This document shows positions 29,124 to 40,412 of a stretch of DNA of 64,000 bases, piece by piece. The notes under the pieces were generated by a model. That model was not told the DNA's origin. It worked only from the letters and a program-made list of their open reading frames with translations, and did not search any database. The DNA is from an uncultured Burkholderiaceae bacterium. GTDB taxonomy: Bacteria > Pseudomonadota > Gammaproteobacteria > Burkholderiales > Burkholderiaceae_B. The stretch spans positions 44,261 to 108,260 of the forward strand of contig CAWUWI010000006.1 in assembly GCA_963926245.1 (NCBI GenBank), in the 5' to 3' direction. The first letter of the stretch is position 1; each line of letters begins with the position of its first letter. The position numbers and the translations under genes were made by a program.

Positions 29124-30320
29124 TTATTGTTGTGTAAAGCGCTTGGCAATTTCCGCCACGATTTGGTGCGCAACCCATTGTTTGCTGCCACGATCAAGTG
29201 TTTGTCGACCCGCTGCGCTATAGAGCTCCACTGCGGTGTGATCAGCATCCATGACTTCTTGTGCCAAGTTTCCGATTAGCAGAGGCACCCCTTTACGCTG
29301 GCGCTTGCGCTCTACTTCATTTGGGTTGAGCATGGTTTCAGCGGCGAATCCAACGCACCACGGTGCATTGGGCAAGGCTGCTACGTTTGCCAAGATGTCA
29401 GGGTTCAACACAAAGGAAAGGTCAGGCGGTGACAAACCATTATTTTTTTTAAGCTTCTCGGTTGATACGTTATCAATTCGCCAATCAGCGACTGCCGCTA
29501 CGGCAATAAAGATATCCTGACCGGCAACCACTGACATAACGAGCTCGTGCATTTGGTTGGCCGTTTGAACGTCCATTCGAGTCACACCAGCCGGACAAGG
29601 CAAGCTGGTCGGCCCCGAAACCAAGGTCACTATGGCGCCCGCTTGCGCGGCGGCTTGCGCGATGGCGTAGCCCGTTTTGCCGGAGGACCGATTGGTTAAA
29701 ACACGCACGGGATCAATCGGCTCGCAGGTTGGTCCCGCCGTGATGAGAACGTTCAGTCCAGCCATTGTTTTGGGTTCGAAGTGACTGATGATGGCAGCTA
29801 AGAGTTCGTTGGGTTCTACCATGCGACCATCGCCGGTTTCACCGCAAGCTTGGATGCCACTGGCCGGTCCGATGAGGATCACACCATCATCGCGCAACTG
29901 ACTGGCATTGCGTTGCGTGGGCCGTGCTTGCCACATTTCTTTGTTCATCGCCGGTGCAATCATCAGGGGAATAGTGCGCGCCAAGCACAGCGTTGACAAC
30001 AAGTCGTCGGCTGAACCGTGCGAGAGATTAGTCATGAAGTTAGCCGTGGCTGGAGCCACCACGATGAGGTCTGCGGTGCGCGTTAAATTAATGTGGGCCA
30101 TGTTGTTGTCTGGCCGACTATCCCAAAGATCGGTAAAAACAGGTCGCCCCGAGAGTGCCTGAAAGGTCAGTGGTGTAATAAATTTGCTGGCTGATGCTGT
30201 CATGACAACATCAACGGTTGCACCAAGGTCCATCAATCGGCGCAGCAGTTCGGCAGACTTGTAACATGCTATGCCGCCTGTCAGTCCCAACACAATACGC
30301 TTGCCGTCGAGCTGGTTCAT
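29124..30320 (-). CDS. coaBC: bifunctional phosphopantothenoylcysteine decarboxylase / phosphopantothenate-cysteine ligase
   Basis: 398 aa. N-terminal flavoprotein domain (GLTGGIACYK, PAMN..MW) and C-terminal CoaB domain (ITAGPT.E.IDPVR...N.SSGK.G). Confidence 0.95.
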   Translation of the reverse strand: MNQLDGKRIVLGLTGGIACYKSAELLRRLMDLGATVDVVMTASASKFITPLTFQALSGRPVFTDLWDSRPDNNMAHINLTRTADLIVVAPATANFMTNLSHGSADDLLSTLCLARTIPLMIAPAMNKEMWQARPTQRNASQLRDDGVILIGPASGIQACGETGDGRMVEPNELLAAIISHFEPKTMAGLNVLITAGPTCEPIDPVRVLTNRSSGKTGYAIAQAAAQAGAIVTLVSGPTSLPCPAGVTRMDVQTANQMHELVMSVVAGQDIFIAVAAVADWRIDNVSTEKLKKNNGLSPPDLSFVLNPDILANVAALPNAPWCVGFAAETMLNPNEVERKRQRKGVPLLIGNLAQEVMDADHTAVELYSAAGRQTLDRGSKQWVAHQIVAEIAKRFTQQ

Positions 30321-30808
30321 GACGCTTCTCCCTTTCTTCGCAAGGCGCTAGCCTGACGCCACCGTCGCCACTCATCAAAGACCAGCAAAACGGCACCAAC
30401 AGAGATGGCAATGTCGGCGATGTTAAAGGCTGGGAAATACCAGTTGTCTCTGTAAAACATCAAAAAATCAATCACATGGCCGAGCAAAGCACGGTCAATC
30501 AAATTACCAATGGCGCCGCTCAAGATGAGCGTCAGAGAAAGCGCAGTGAGTGTGCGTTTGTACTCATGCTTTAAAAGCCACGAAATAAAAATGATGGCTA
30601 CAACGGCGATGGCAATCAATACCCATCGCTGCCAGCCTGAGCCAGTCGCTAAGAAACTGAATGCCGCGCCCGTGTTGTAAACCAGCGTTAAGTCAAACAT
30701 CGGAAAAATATTAACGCGCTCGCCATAAGTGAACGCTCTTTCAGCAAGCCACTTGGTGAGTTGGTCCAGTGAGACCAATATAACAGCCAACCAGCACCAT
30801 TTAGCCAA
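30317..30808 (-). CDS. lspA: lipoprotein signal peptidase (signal peptidase II)
   Basis: 163 aa, 4 TM. DQ.TK, N.GAAFS and GNL.DR...G.V.DF motifs. There is no in-frame ATG near the N-terminus, so a TTG start is used. It overlaps the ileS stop by 8 nt and the coaBC start by 4 nt. Confidence 0.85.
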   Translation of the reverse strand: MAKWCWLAVILVSLDQLTKWLAERAFTYGERVNIFPMFDLTLVYNTGAAFSFLATGSGWQRWVLIAIAVVAIIFISWLLKHEYKRTLTALSLTLILSGAIGNLIDRALLGHVIDFLMFYRDNWYFPAFNIADIAISVGAVLLVFDEWRRWRQASALRRKGEAS

Positions 30809-33653
30809 TGCTTGCCTCTGCTAGGTTTGTGACACAACGGCCGCAAATCTCCGGATGGGTGGTATCCGATCCAATGTCGTCAGCATAATGCCAACAGCGG
30901 GCGCATTTTTGTTTGTTTGAGGCCTGTACTTTGATTTTCAGCTCACCGGTGCTTGCGTGAACATCGGCGTGCGAAACAATCAGTACAAACTTAAGCTGAT
31001 CGCTGATGCTTTCCAAATAACCTAAATCTTGCTCGCTCGCAAAAAGGGCTACCACAGCTTGCAGTGATGAACCGATCGCGCCACCCGTTCTTAAAACTTC
31101 AAGCTCTCGCAACACCTCGGCGCGAATTTCACGGATGCGTTGCCATTTGGCTGACAAGCCTTCACGATTGGCGATCACGGGTAAGGTGTGATAAGTCTGC
31201 GTGAAGATTGACAGCTCAGCTTCTGGTGAAACTTGTGCTAATGTGGTTTCGCCTAAAACCTGCCATGTCTCTTCAGCGGTGAATGACAAGACGGGTGCTA
31301 GCAGCTTAACCAATGAAAGGCTGATGTGAAGTAGAGCCGTCTGAGCGCTTCGACGCGCATGGCTGTTGGGTGCGCTGGTGTACAGCCGATCTTTTAAAAC
31401 GTCGAGGTAAAAAGCCCCCAAGTCTTCAGAGCAAAACGTCTGCAGGCGCGCCATGGCAGGGTGGAACTCATACTTTTCAAAATGAGCAAGCACCTCTTTT
31501 TGCACTGAATCAGTCATTATCATGGCGTACTGATCGATCTCTAGCATCGCCTCAGGGGCAATACTGTCTCGCGTTTCATTAAAGTCCGAAAGATTGGCCA
31601 GCAAAAAGCGAAGCGTGTTGCGCGTGCGACGGTAGCTTTCGACGACTCGCTTTAAGATCTCATCTGAAATTGAAAGTTCACCGGCATAGTCGGTGGATGC
31701 GACCCAGAGTCGAAGGATTTCGGCACCCAGTGAGTCCGATACCGTTTGAGGGGCAACCACATTGCCCATTGACTTGCTCATTTTGCGACCTTGGCCATCG
31801 ACCACAAAGCCGTGTGTCAGCAATCCCTTGTAAGGCGCACGACCGTAGAGCATGCAGCCGGTCAGTAACGAAGAATGAAACCAACCGCGATGCTGGTCGG
31901 AGCCCTCTAGGTACAAATCAGCTGGCCAAGACAGCAAGTCACCATGGGTGCCGTGAGCAACGTTATTTTTACCGCCGATCACGGTGGCGTGCGTGGATCC
32001 TGAATCAAACCACACATCGAGTGTGTCGCGATTCTTTTCGTATTGATTGGCTTGCTCAGCGCTGAGCAGGTCGGCAGGCTGAAGGGTTTGCCACGCCTCT
32101 ATGCCTTGGGCCTCAATGCGCTTGGCGACTTCTTTGATCAGTTGAGGGGTCTCAGGGTGAAGGGCGCCCGTTTCTTTATGGACAAAGAAAGCCATCGGTA
32201 CACCCCACTGTCGCTGTCGCGACAGTGTCCAATCGGGTCGGTTGGCGATCATGTTGTGTAATCTAGCACGACCCCATGCGGGGTAGAAGTCTGTTTTTGC
32301 GATAGCAGCCAGCGCAGACTCTCTGAGCGAGGGCTGGCCGTCGTTGGGCGTAATGTCCATTCCGGCGAACCATTGACTGGTGGCCCGGTAAATGATTGGG
32401 GTTTTATGGCGCCAGCAATGCATGTAGCTGTGTTGGTGCTTTTGTGCCTTGAGTACTGTGCCGGCATCGGTGAGGGCTTGAACGACTTTGGGGTTGGCTT
32501 CCCAAATGGTTAATCCACCAAACAAAGCAAGGCTTTGCGCATAACGACCGTCACCCAAAACCGGATTCAGGATGTCTGCGTCAGCAAGACCATGGGCCTT
32601 GCAAGAGACAAAGTCTTCGATACCGTAGGCTGGTGCTGAATGCACCACACCGGTTCCGGTTTCGAGCGTGACATAGTCACCGAGATAAATTGGTGATCGT
32701 CGCTCAAAAGCGGGATCCACTTTAGCCAATGGGTGGTGAAACGAAATGCCGTCTAGCGCTTCACCATTCGCAATGGCGATGACTTGGCCACTTAGTCCCC
32801 ATTCTTCCAGGCATGCGTTGACTCGGTCTTTTGCCAAAATAAGCGTTGGGCCAGTTGCACGAGGATTGTCAAGCGCCACCAGCGCGTATTCGATTTCGGG
32901 GTGCACGTTCAATGCTTGGTTGGCAGGAATAGTCCACGGTGTCGTGGTCCAAATGACGATGGCGCCGTCGGCGACTTGATCGATCTTAAAAGCGCGCGCC
33001 AGTGCTTCATGGTCAGCATAGGGAAAGGCCACGTCCACAGCAGTGTCAGTGCGGTCGGCGTATTCGACTTCCGCTTCCGCTAAGGCAGAGCCACAGTCAA
33101 AACACCAGTTCACGGGTTTCAGGCCCCGAAACACATAGCCTTTTTTGAGGATGTTGCCCAAAACACGAAGCTCGTTAGCCTCGGTTTTGAAATCCATGGT
33201 CAAGTACGGCTGCTCCCACAGTCCCAGTACACCGAGTCGTTCGAAGTCTACCTTTTGGGCACTGATTTGTTCAAGCGCGTAAGCCCGAGCCCGAGCTTGC
33301 ACTTCAGCCACGGGTAAAGACTTGCCGTACTTTTTTTCGATTTGAATTTCAATCGGCATGCCATGGCAATCCCAACCGGGTACGTAGTGGGCATCAAAAC
33401 CAGCCAAGCTGCGATTATTGACAATCACGTCTTTCAGGATTTTGTTGACCGCATGACCGATGTGGATGGCGCCATTGGCATAGGGAGGGCCATCGTGCAA
33501 AATAAATTTTGGACGCCCAGCACTTGCCCGCCGAATGGCTTGGTAGACGCCTTTTTCTTGCCATTGGGCAACCCAGAGCGGCTCCCGCTTAGGCAGATTG
33601 CCCCGCATGGGGAATGGCGTGTCAGTCAGGTTTAAGGTTGTCTTGTAGTCCAT
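30801..33653 (-). CDS. ileS: isoleucine-tRNA ligase
   Basis: The ATG at 33653 ([20 protein letters not shown]) aligns with the IleS N-terminus. HIGH-type (PYANG.IHIGHA) and KMSKS motifs are present, plus a C-terminal Zn-finger (CARCW...CGRC). Confidence 0.95.
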   Translation of the reverse strand: MDYKTTLNLTDTPFPMRGNLPKREPLWVAQWQEKGVYQAIRRASAGRPKFILHDGPPYANGAIHIGHAVNKILKDVIVNNRSLAGFDAHYVPGWDCHGMPIEIQIEKKYGKSLPVAEVQARARAYALEQISAQKVDFERLGVLGLWEQPYLTMDFKTEANELRVLGNILKKGYVFRGLKPVNWCFDCGSALAEAEVEYADRTDTAVDVAFPYADHEALARAFKIDQVADGAIVIWTTTPWTIPANQALNVHPEIEYALVALDNPRATGPTLILAKDRVNACLEEWGLSGQVIAIANGEALDGISFHHPLAKVDPAFERRSPIYLGDYVTLETGTGVVHSAPAYGIEDFVSCKAHGLADADILNPVLGDGRYAQSLALFGGLTIWEANPKVVQALTDAGTVLKAQKHQHSYMHCWRHKTPIIYRATSQWFAGMDITPNDGQPSLRESALAAIAKTDFYPAWGRARLHNMIANRPDWTLSRQRQWGVPMAFFVHKETGALHPETPQLIKEVAKRIEAQGIEAWQTLQPADLLSAEQANQYEKNRDTLDVWFDSGSTHATVIGGKNNVAHGTHGDLLSWPADLYLEGSDQHRGWFHSSLLTGCMLYGRAPYKGLLTHGFVVDGQGRKMSKSMGNVVAPQTVSDSLGAEILRLWVASTDYAGELSISDEILKRVVESYRRTRNTLRFLLANLSDFNETRDSIAPEAMLEIDQYAMIMTDSVQKEVLAHFEKYEFHPAMARLQTFCSEDLGAFYLDVLKDRLYTSAPNSHARRSAQTALLHISLSLVKLLAPVLSFTAEETWQVLGETTLAQVSPEAELSIFTQTYHTLPVIANREGLSAKWQRIREIRAEVLRELEVLRTGGAIGSSLQAVVALFASEQDLGYLESISDQLKFVLIVSHADVHASTGELKIKVQASNKQKCARCWHYADDIGSDTTHPEICGRCVTNLAEASIG

Positions 33654-34605
33654 GATGCGCAAAGTAGTCGATCGCATGCTGCCGGTCTTGCTGCATGGCG
33701 ATGCTCAGGGTCGATAAATCGGAAAACTTCTTTTCGTCCCGCACGTGTTGCAGGACCTCTACACACACGAGTTTACCGTAGGCATCGACGCTGGTATCAA
33801 GAAGGTGGGTTTCGAGTAATACGTCAGTGCTTTGATCAACTGTTGGACGCAAGCCCAAACTGGCGATGCCAGCCATCGGTAGGTCAGCTAACCCGTGCAC
33901 CCGCACGACATAAATACCGAATCGTGTGGCAGTGCCTGGACTGACACGAACATTCAAAGTCGGAAAGCCAAGTGTGCGACCTAATTTTTTGCCGTGGATG
34001 ACGTGACCGCTCACCCGATACGCACGCCCCAATAATCGGGCGACAGTTGGCATATCACCAGCAGCAAGTGCGCTTCTGACCGAGGAACTGGAAATGCGAG
34101 CGCCCTGTGTATCCGTAATGTCTTGTAAAACAGTGAGTTCAAAACCGTGGTGATTAGCGGCTTTTTTCAGCAGGTCAACATCACCACCTCGTCGATGGCC
34201 AAATCTGAAATCAGCACCGACAAGTAACCACCGCGTCTTGATGCTGTCGATAAGTAGTCGTTCAATAAAATCGTCAGCCGATAGATTTGCCATGGCCTCG
34301 TTAAAGGGCAGTAAAAAAACCTTTTCCATGCCGGCTTCGGCTAGCAAGACGGTTTTATCGCGTAGACCGTTAATTTGGCCTGGTGCTAGGGCAGGCTTGC
34401 CTTGAAGCTGTGCGAAATATGCTTCAGGGTGCGGGCTAAATGTCAGCACCGACGGGCATAGTCCAAGTCTTGATCCTGCGGCTTTAACCTTTTCTAGCAT
34501 CGACAGATGGCCCAAGTGAACACCATCGAAGTTACCGATTGTGAGGGCACTTGGGCCAATGGGTGCCTGGCTTGGCAGGCTTCGTATAAGTCGTAAGGGT
34601 TTCAT
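33622..34605 (-). CDS. ribF: bifunctional riboflavin kinase / FMN adenylyltransferase
   Basis: 327 aa. GNFDGVH.GH at the N-terminus and a C-terminal kinase motif (G.K.GR..GFPT.N). The 3' end overlaps the ileS start by 32 nt. Confidence 0.9.
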   Translation of the reverse strand: MKPLRLIRSLPSQAPIGPSALTIGNFDGVHLGHLSMLEKVKAAGSRLGLCPSVLTFSPHPEAYFAQLQGKPALAPGQINGLRDKTVLLAEAGMEKVFLLPFNEAMANLSADDFIERLLIDSIKTRWLLVGADFRFGHRRGGDVDLLKKAANHHGFELTVLQDITDTQGARISSSSVRSALAAGDMPTVARLLGRAYRVSGHVIHGKKLGRTLGFPTLNVRVSPGTATRFGIYVVRVHGLADLPMAGIASLGLRPTVDQSTDVLLETHLLDTSVDAYGKLVCVEVLQHVRDEKKFSDLSTLSIAMQQDRQHAIDYFAHHGLQDNLKPD

Positions 34606-34655
34606 CTCGAGTGGCAGTTTACAATCTTGCCACCATTGATGTTGCCAAAGTGATC

Positions 34656-35336
34656 ATGTTTGTTACCGATTCTTCTCTTAATCAGACCAATAGGCCTGTA
34701 AAAAAGCGTTTTGTGATCCTTATTTCGGGGTTAGGCAGTAACATGCGACAAATCGCTCGATTGGCCAATGATCCGGCAAGCCCTGTGTCGATCCAAGCTG
34801 TGGTGTCAAACAAACCCAGCGCTGCCGGCCTGAAATGGGCTGCCAGAGAAGGTTTCGAGACGGCTGTGGTTGACCACCAGTTGTTTCCAGATAGAGAGGC
34901 GTTTGACCAAGCCCTTGCTGGTGTTGTTTCGAAGTTTGATCCAGACTACGTCTTGTTAGCGGGCTTTATGCGCATTTTGACCCCTGGTTTTGTGAATCAA
35001 TTTAAAGGTCGGCTCATCAATATTCACCCCTCGTTACTACCGGCCTTCCCAGGGCTTCATACACACGCAAGAGCCATTGGGTCGGGCGTCGATCGGCACG
35101 GGTGTAGCGTGCACTTTGTGACCGATGATCTAGATCATGGTCCCGTTATTGCTCAGGCCGCCCTAGAAGTTTCAAGCACTGAGACGCCTGAGCAATTGGC
35201 TCAACGCGTTTTGGTTCTCGAGCATCAGCTCTACCCGGAAGTTGTCCAGTGGCTGTCTCGCGACCAAGTCACTTTAGACGACAACGGAAGAGTCACCTTA
35301 CACGGCGTTAGTTATCGCCACATTGGAACGTCATAA
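34656..35336 (+). CDS. purN: phosphoribosylglycinamide formyltransferase
   Basis: ILISG.GSN, N.HPSLLP.F.G and H.V....D.GP.I.Q motifs. The ATG at 34656 is preferred. The track's GTG at 34611 would lie only 5 nt from the divergent ribF start. Confidence 0.85.
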   Translation: MFVTDSSLNQTNRPVKKRFVILISGLGSNMRQIARLANDPASPVSIQAVVSNKPSAAGLKWAAREGFETAVVDHQLFPDREAFDQALAGVVSKFDPDYVLLAGFMRILTPGFVNQFKGRLINIHPSLLPAFPGLHTHARAIGSGVDRHGCSVHFVTDDLDHGPVIAQAALEVSSTETPEQLAQRVLVLEHQLYPEVVQWLSRDQVTLDDNGRVTLHGVSYRHIGTS

Positions 35337-36772
35337 TGAACTCAACACCCCGTCGCAACTCGCGCCCTACAGCCAAGGCGGTCAATCCAAGAGGCGGCAA
35401 AGCGCACCGCGGTGTCTCACTAGAAACTGGGGCTGTGAAAGCTCGTGTTGGCGTACGGTCCGAGCCTGTTGTGTTGACCAACCGAGTTGAGCAAGTCGTC
35501 GCCGTATTGAAGATTATGCTGCGCTGGCAGTGGCCATCGGACCAGGTCTTGTCGCAGTTTTTTAAAGAAAACCGCTACCTCGGTTCGCGTGAGCGAGCTC
35601 AGATCGCACAGGCGGCTTTTCATGTGCTGCGCAATTTGAGGCGCTTCAGGCGTGAGGCGCAAAGTGCGCCTGTGACCCTTGAATACGCATTGGCTGTGCG
35701 CGGCTTGGCGGCAACGCTTGACGCAGAGGCGGCAAGCAAATGGTTAACTGATGAGTATCGCGATTGGGTTGACCGATGCGAACAAATTGCGCTTGACACC
35801 ATGCCTTTTGAGGTTCGTTACAGCTTACCCGACTGGGTGGCAACGGCCATCGCTAAATTGCCAGATTCAGCGGCGTTGGCTGAAGCTTTATTACAAAGTG
35901 CACCGCTGGATCTACGCGTTAATACCCTCAAAGCCACACACAACGCGGCGCTCGCAGAAATTCAGTCTTTGCTTGAAGGCAGTCCATTTAGTGCGGTCGC
36001 GACACCATATGCCAGCAATGGTGTTCGGCTCAGTGGTCACCCGCCACTGAACCGCTGGTCCCTGTTTGAGAAAGGCTTTGTCGAGGTGCAAGACGAGGGT
36101 AGCCAGTTGTTGGCCGAATTGGTGGCCCCACGTCGTGGCGAAATGGTGGTGGATTTCTGCGCTGGTGCTGGCGGTAAAACGTTGGCGCTTGCCGCCATGA
36201 TGCGTTCAGCCGGGCGCTTGTATGCTTTTGATATTTCAGCTGCGCGACTCGCGCGAGCCAAACCACGTTTTGCCAGAAGTGGTCTGAGCAACGTCTACCC
36301 CGTGACCATTCGCGGTGAGCACGACGATCGAGTGGCGCGACTGGCTGGTAAGGCCCACCGAGTTTTGGTTGATGCGCCGTGCACGGGTTTGGGTACGTTG
36401 CGACGCAACCCAGATCTCAAATGGCGTCAGACGCCTGATGAGTTAGCGCGGCTGCAGCCGCAACAAGCAAGTATCTTGCAGCAAGCCAGTCGACTGGTCC
36501 GCCCAGGTGGGCGTTTGGTTTATGCAACCTGCAGCTTTTTGCCCGAAGAAAACGAAGATCAGGTCCATGCATTTTTGGAAAAAAACACCGAGTTCGTTTT
36601 GGTGCCGGCAACCGAATGTCTTATCGACACGTTAAGCAACAGTGTTGGCGCTGACGGCATGATGCGCTTGAGGCCCGACCTGCACCAAACCGATGGCTTC
36701 TTTGCGGCTGTTTTGCAAAAAAAGGTGGCACCCGCCAAGGTCTTGGTCGAAGAGGATCCAAAGGCTGAGTGA
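35336..36772 (+). CDS. rsmB: 16S rRNA (cytosine-C5)-methyltransferase, RsmB/Sun family
   Basis: 478 aa. SAM motif VDFCAGAGGKT, catalytic DAPCTGLGTLRRNPD and YATCS. The start shares 1 nt with the purN stop (TAATG). Confidence 0.85.
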   Translation: MNSTPRRNSRPTAKAVNPRGGKAHRGVSLETGAVKARVGVRSEPVVLTNRVEQVVAVLKIMLRWQWPSDQVLSQFFKENRYLGSRERAQIAQAAFHVLRNLRRFRREAQSAPVTLEYALAVRGLAATLDAEAASKWLTDEYRDWVDRCEQIALDTMPFEVRYSLPDWVATAIAKLPDSAALAEALLQSAPLDLRVNTLKATHNAALAEIQSLLEGSPFSAVATPYASNGVRLSGHPPLNRWSLFEKGFVEVQDEGSQLLAELVAPRRGEMVVDFCAGAGGKTLALAAMMRSAGRLYAFDISAARLARAKPRFARSGLSNVYPVTIRGEHDDRVARLAGKAHRVLVDAPCTGLGTLRRNPDLKWRQTPDELARLQPQQASILQQASRLVRPGGRLVYATCSFLPEENEDQVHAFLEKNTEFVLVPATECLIDTLSNSVGADGMMRLRPDLHQTDGFFAAVLQKKVAPAKVLVEEDPKAE

Positions 36773-36970
36773 TTGAAGGGGCTTTGTGGCAGATTTACGA
36801 CTGTTCGTGATGTTATTTGATTGATTTGGCGAAGACTCAGGGGCGTGGTACCAAAAAAAGCCTAAACGATTGATTTTGCTCAACAATAACCACAATATAG
36901 ACCCTATCTAATAATTCCTCACTGGGCTACACTTAACAAGTTATCTAAACACGCAGGATTTTGAGACTCA

Positions 36971-38173
36971 ATGGACACAATTATTTCGTTTGCAGCAGCT
37001 GGCATCACTCAAGCAAGTTGGTGGCAAGTTGTGTTGTTCGCCTTGGCTGTGACGCACATTACCATCGTTGCTGTTACGCTCTTTTTGCATCGTTCACAAG
37101 CGCATCGCGGTGTTGACTTGCACCCAGCGGTCTCGCATTTTTTCCGGTTTTGGCTTTGGCTAACAACGGGTATGGTGACCAAAGAATGGGTATCGATTCA
37201 TCGTAAGCACCATGCGCGCTGCGAGCGCGAAGGCGACCCCCATTCACCCATGATTTACGGCATTGGCCGAGTTATGTTCCGCGGTGCCGAGTTGTACCGT
37301 GACGAGTCAAAAAACATGGAAACGGCTGCCAAGTACGGTCACGGTACGCCAAACGACTGGTTAGAAAAGAACCTTTACACACCCTACTCAGCCTCTGGCA
37401 TTGTGGTGATGTTGGTGATCGACGTTCTGTTGTTTGGTGCACTTGGCTTGGCTGTTTGGGCTGTTCAAATGGCATGGATTCCGTTTTGGGCAGCGGGTGT
37501 TGTCAACGGTATCGGCCATTTCTGGGGCTATCGTAACTTCGCTTCACCAGACACTAGCACCAACGTGTTTCCAATCGGCATTTTGATTGGTGGCGAAGAG
37601 TTGCATAACAATCACCACGCCTACGGTACATCAGCCAAGTTCTCGAGCCGTTGGTTTGAAATTGATATCGGCTGGGGCTACTTGACGCTACTTAGTTGGT
37701 TTGGTTTGGCAAAGGTTCGCAAAGTAGCGCCTAAGTTGAAACTCGAGTCTTACGATAAACCGGCTGTTGACTTACAAACTTTGCAGGGTGTTATTGCACA
37801 TCGCTACGAAGTCTTGGCTCGTTACACGGGTTTGATGAAGCAGGCTTGCCGAGAGGAAGTGACCAAACTTACCCACAAAGGCGGAACTTTGGTCAATGCT
37901 GAGGCCTTAAAGTCAGCCGCTCACTGGTTGGGGCGTGGCGACGAAACACTGGCCCCCGAAGAACGTGAACGCATCCATCAAACCCTTTCGCAAACCGAAT
38001 CACTATCTCTGATGGTTCAAATGCGGCATGATTTGGTCAAGCTCTGGGATAGCTCTAGCGCCAGTAGTGAGCAACTGTTACATGATCTTCAAGAGTGGTG
38101 CCATCGCGCCCAACAAAGTGGCATTGTTAGCCTACAGGAGTTCGCTCTGCGATTACGCCGTTACGCGGCATGA
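36971..38173 (+). CDS. membrane acyl-lipid/acyl-CoA delta-9 fatty-acid desaturase (DesA-like)
   Basis: 400 aa. Three histidine boxes (HRSQAHR, HRKHHA, HNNHHA) and hydrophobic TM pairs. Confidence 0.85.
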   Translation: MDTIISFAAAGITQASWWQVVLFALAVTHITIVAVTLFLHRSQAHRGVDLHPAVSHFFRFWLWLTTGMVTKEWVSIHRKHHARCEREGDPHSPMIYGIGRVMFRGAELYRDESKNMETAAKYGHGTPNDWLEKNLYTPYSASGIVVMLVIDVLLFGALGLAVWAVQMAWIPFWAAGVVNGIGHFWGYRNFASPDTSTNVFPIGILIGGEELHNNHHAYGTSAKFSSRWFEIDIGWGYLTLLSWFGLAKVRKVAPKLKLESYDKPAVDLQTLQGVIAHRYEVLARYTGLMKQACREEVTKLTHKGGTLVNAEALKSAAHWLGRGDETLAPEERERIHQTLSQTESLSLMVQMRHDLVKLWDSSSASSEQLLHDLQEWCHRAQQSGIVSLQEFALRLRRYAA

Positions 38174-40401
38174 TTGAACAGCTCAATGACCCCCAGCGAG
38201 CGGCAGTCACATCCTCGCAGGGGCATGCTCTCATTTTGGCAGGGGCAGGTAGCGGTAAAACCAAGGTTCTGACCACGCGGATTGCTTGGCTCATACAAAA
38301 CCGATTTGCCAGTCCACTGGCCATATTAGCCGTCACCTTTACAAACAAAGCGGCTCGTGAGATGCAAACTCGCGTGGCAGCTTTGTTGCCGATCAACACA
38401 CGTGGCATGTGGATTGGCACTTTCCACGGCCTGTGCCACCGACTCTTGCGTGCGCACAGCCGCGACGCAGGTTTGCCACAGTCTTTTCAAATCCTTGACA
38501 CCACGGACCAATTGGCTGCGATTAAGCGCCTTTTAAAAGCCAATGGTGTTGACGATGAAAAGTTTCCTGCGCGTGATGTTCAACGTTTTATTAACGCGTC
38601 AAAGGAAGAGGGTCTTCGTGCAGATGCGGTGATTGTTGATGACCCTTTTAGTCGTCGTATGCGCGAAATTTATGCGCTCTACGAGGTGCAATGCCAGCGC
38701 GATGGCGTGGTTGATTTTCCCGAGCTTCTGTTACGCGCTTTAGAGCTGTTGCAGCGCCATGAACCCATCCGCAGCCACTATCAGCAGCGGTTTAAACACA
38801 TCCTGGTTGATGAGTTTCAAGACACCAATCGAATGCAATACCAGTGGTTGAAATTACTCGGCGACGGTGGTGCCAGTATTTTTGCTGTTGGTGACGACGA
38901 TCAGTCAATCTACGCTTTCCGTGGTGCTAATGTCGGTAACATGGCTGATTTTGAGCGAGAATATGCGCAAGGCACTGTGGTACGCCTAGAGCAAAACTAT
39001 CGTTCACATGGACACATTCTTGACGCTGCCAATGCACTGATTGCGCATAACAGCTCACGCTTGGGTAAAACCTTGTGGACGGACGCCGGTGAAGGCGAAC
39101 AAATCCGAGCGATCGAGCAGCCTACTGACTTTGCCGAGGCACAGTGGGTGGTTGATGAGATTCGTGCGCTCGCGCGTGATGACTTCAAGCGCGATGACAT
39201 TGCCATCCTGTATCGCAGTAACGCGCAATCTCGTGTTTTGGAGCACGCGCTGTTTTCAACTGGCATTGCTTATCGGGTTTATGGCGGATTGCGGTTTTTT
39301 GAGCGACAAGAGGTCAAGCATGCGCTGGCTTATTTGCGTTTGGCGAGTCGGGTCGAAGATGATACATCGTGGCTGCGTGTGGTTAATTTCCCTGCCCGTG
39401 GTATCGGTGCTCGTAGCCTTGAGTCTTTGACAGACCATGCTCGGGCCAATGGAACCAGCCTCGCGCAGGCTGTGCCTCGCGTGGCGGGTAAAGCCGGTAG
39501 TCACTTGGCTCAGTTTTTGGCTTTGCTCCAACAGATGCAACAAGACACGTTTAAGTTGCCACTGGCGGAGACGGTGGATCAGATTATTGAAGCGTCTGGG
39601 TTGCGTGCGCATTACCGTGCTCAACGTGATGGCGCCGAGCGAGTAGAAAACTTAGACGAATTGGTCAATGCGGCCAAAGTTTTTGAGCTTGAAGAGGGTT
39701 TGGCAGGTGTGCCTTGTGGGGTCGCACGTGACTTGGCTCCCGGTGGTGAGGCCGTTGAGGGCACTGAAGTTATTCCCATGTCGCCGCTCGATGCTTTTTT
39801 GTCGCATGCGGCGCTTGAGTCGGGTGACACCCAGGCCCAAGCCGGTGAGCAAGCAGTGCAACTCATGACCGTGCATGCCGCAAAAGGCTTGGAGTTTGAC
39901 GCCGTCTTTATTTCCGGGCTTGAGGACGGTCTTTTCCCGCACGAAAACAGTATTTACGAGCCCAGTGGCCTCGAGGAAGAGCGCCGACTAATGTATGTGG
40001 CCATGACGCGGGCTAGAAAACGCCTTTACTTGAGTTTGGCACAAAGTCGAATGCTCCATGGTCAGACGCGATACAGCATACGGTCACGTTTTCTTGAAGA
40101 GGTGCCTGAGGCCAATGCCAAATGGCTGTCACCTCGAGTCAAGCAAGCATGGGCCGACCAACCCATGTTGAAGAGCATGACTGATGCTAATAGGGCCACC
40201 CAAAGCCTGACGACGGGTCTTGAGATTGCCGGGGTGCGCTTCAGAGTTGGGCAAGGGGTCAGACACCCTCGCTTCGGAGATGGAACGATATTGTCTTTGT
40301 CAGGCCTCGGACTCGATGCCCAAGCACAGATCCATTTTCTGGATGTCGGCACCAAGACGCTCGCACTTGGCATTGCCAAGCTCGACATCATCGAGGGCTA
40401 G
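38170..40401 (+). CDS. uvrD: ATP-dependent DNA helicase II (UvrD/PcrA family)
   Basis: 743 aa. Walker A AGAGSGKT, VDEFQDTN, helicase motifs III-VI (QNYRS, VHAAKGLEF, MYVAMTRAR). The ATG overlaps the desaturase stop (ATGA). Confidence 0.9.
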   Translation: MIEQLNDPQRAAVTSSQGHALILAGAGSGKTKVLTTRIAWLIQNRFASPLAILAVTFTNKAAREMQTRVAALLPINTRGMWIGTFHGLCHRLLRAHSRDAGLPQSFQILDTTDQLAAIKRLLKANGVDDEKFPARDVQRFINASKEEGLRADAVIVDDPFSRRMREIYALYEVQCQRDGVVDFPELLLRALELLQRHEPIRSHYQQRFKHILVDEFQDTNRMQYQWLKLLGDGGASIFAVGDDDQSIYAFRGANVGNMADFEREYAQGTVVRLEQNYRSHGHILDAANALIAHNSSRLGKTLWTDAGEGEQIRAIEQPTDFAEAQWVVDEIRALARDDFKRDDIAILYRSNAQSRVLEHALFSTGIAYRVYGGLRFFERQEVKHALAYLRLASRVEDDTSWLRVVNFPARGIGARSLESLTDHARANGTSLAQAVPRVAGKAGSHLAQFLALLQQMQQDTFKLPLAETVDQIIEASGLRAHYRAQRDGAERVENLDELVNAAKVFELEEGLAGVPCGVARDLAPGGEAVEGTEVIPMSPLDAFLSHAALESGDTQAQAGEQAVQLMTVHAAKGLEFDAVFISGLEDGLFPHENSIYEPSGLEEERRLMYVAMTRARKRLYLSLAQSRMLHGQTRYSIRSRFLEEVPEANAKWLSPRVKQAWADQPMLKSMTDANRATQSLTTGLEIAGVRFRVGQGVRHPRFGDGTILSLSGLGLDAQAQIHFLDVGTKTLALGIAKLDIIEG

Positions 40402-40412
40402 GTTAAGCCGTT

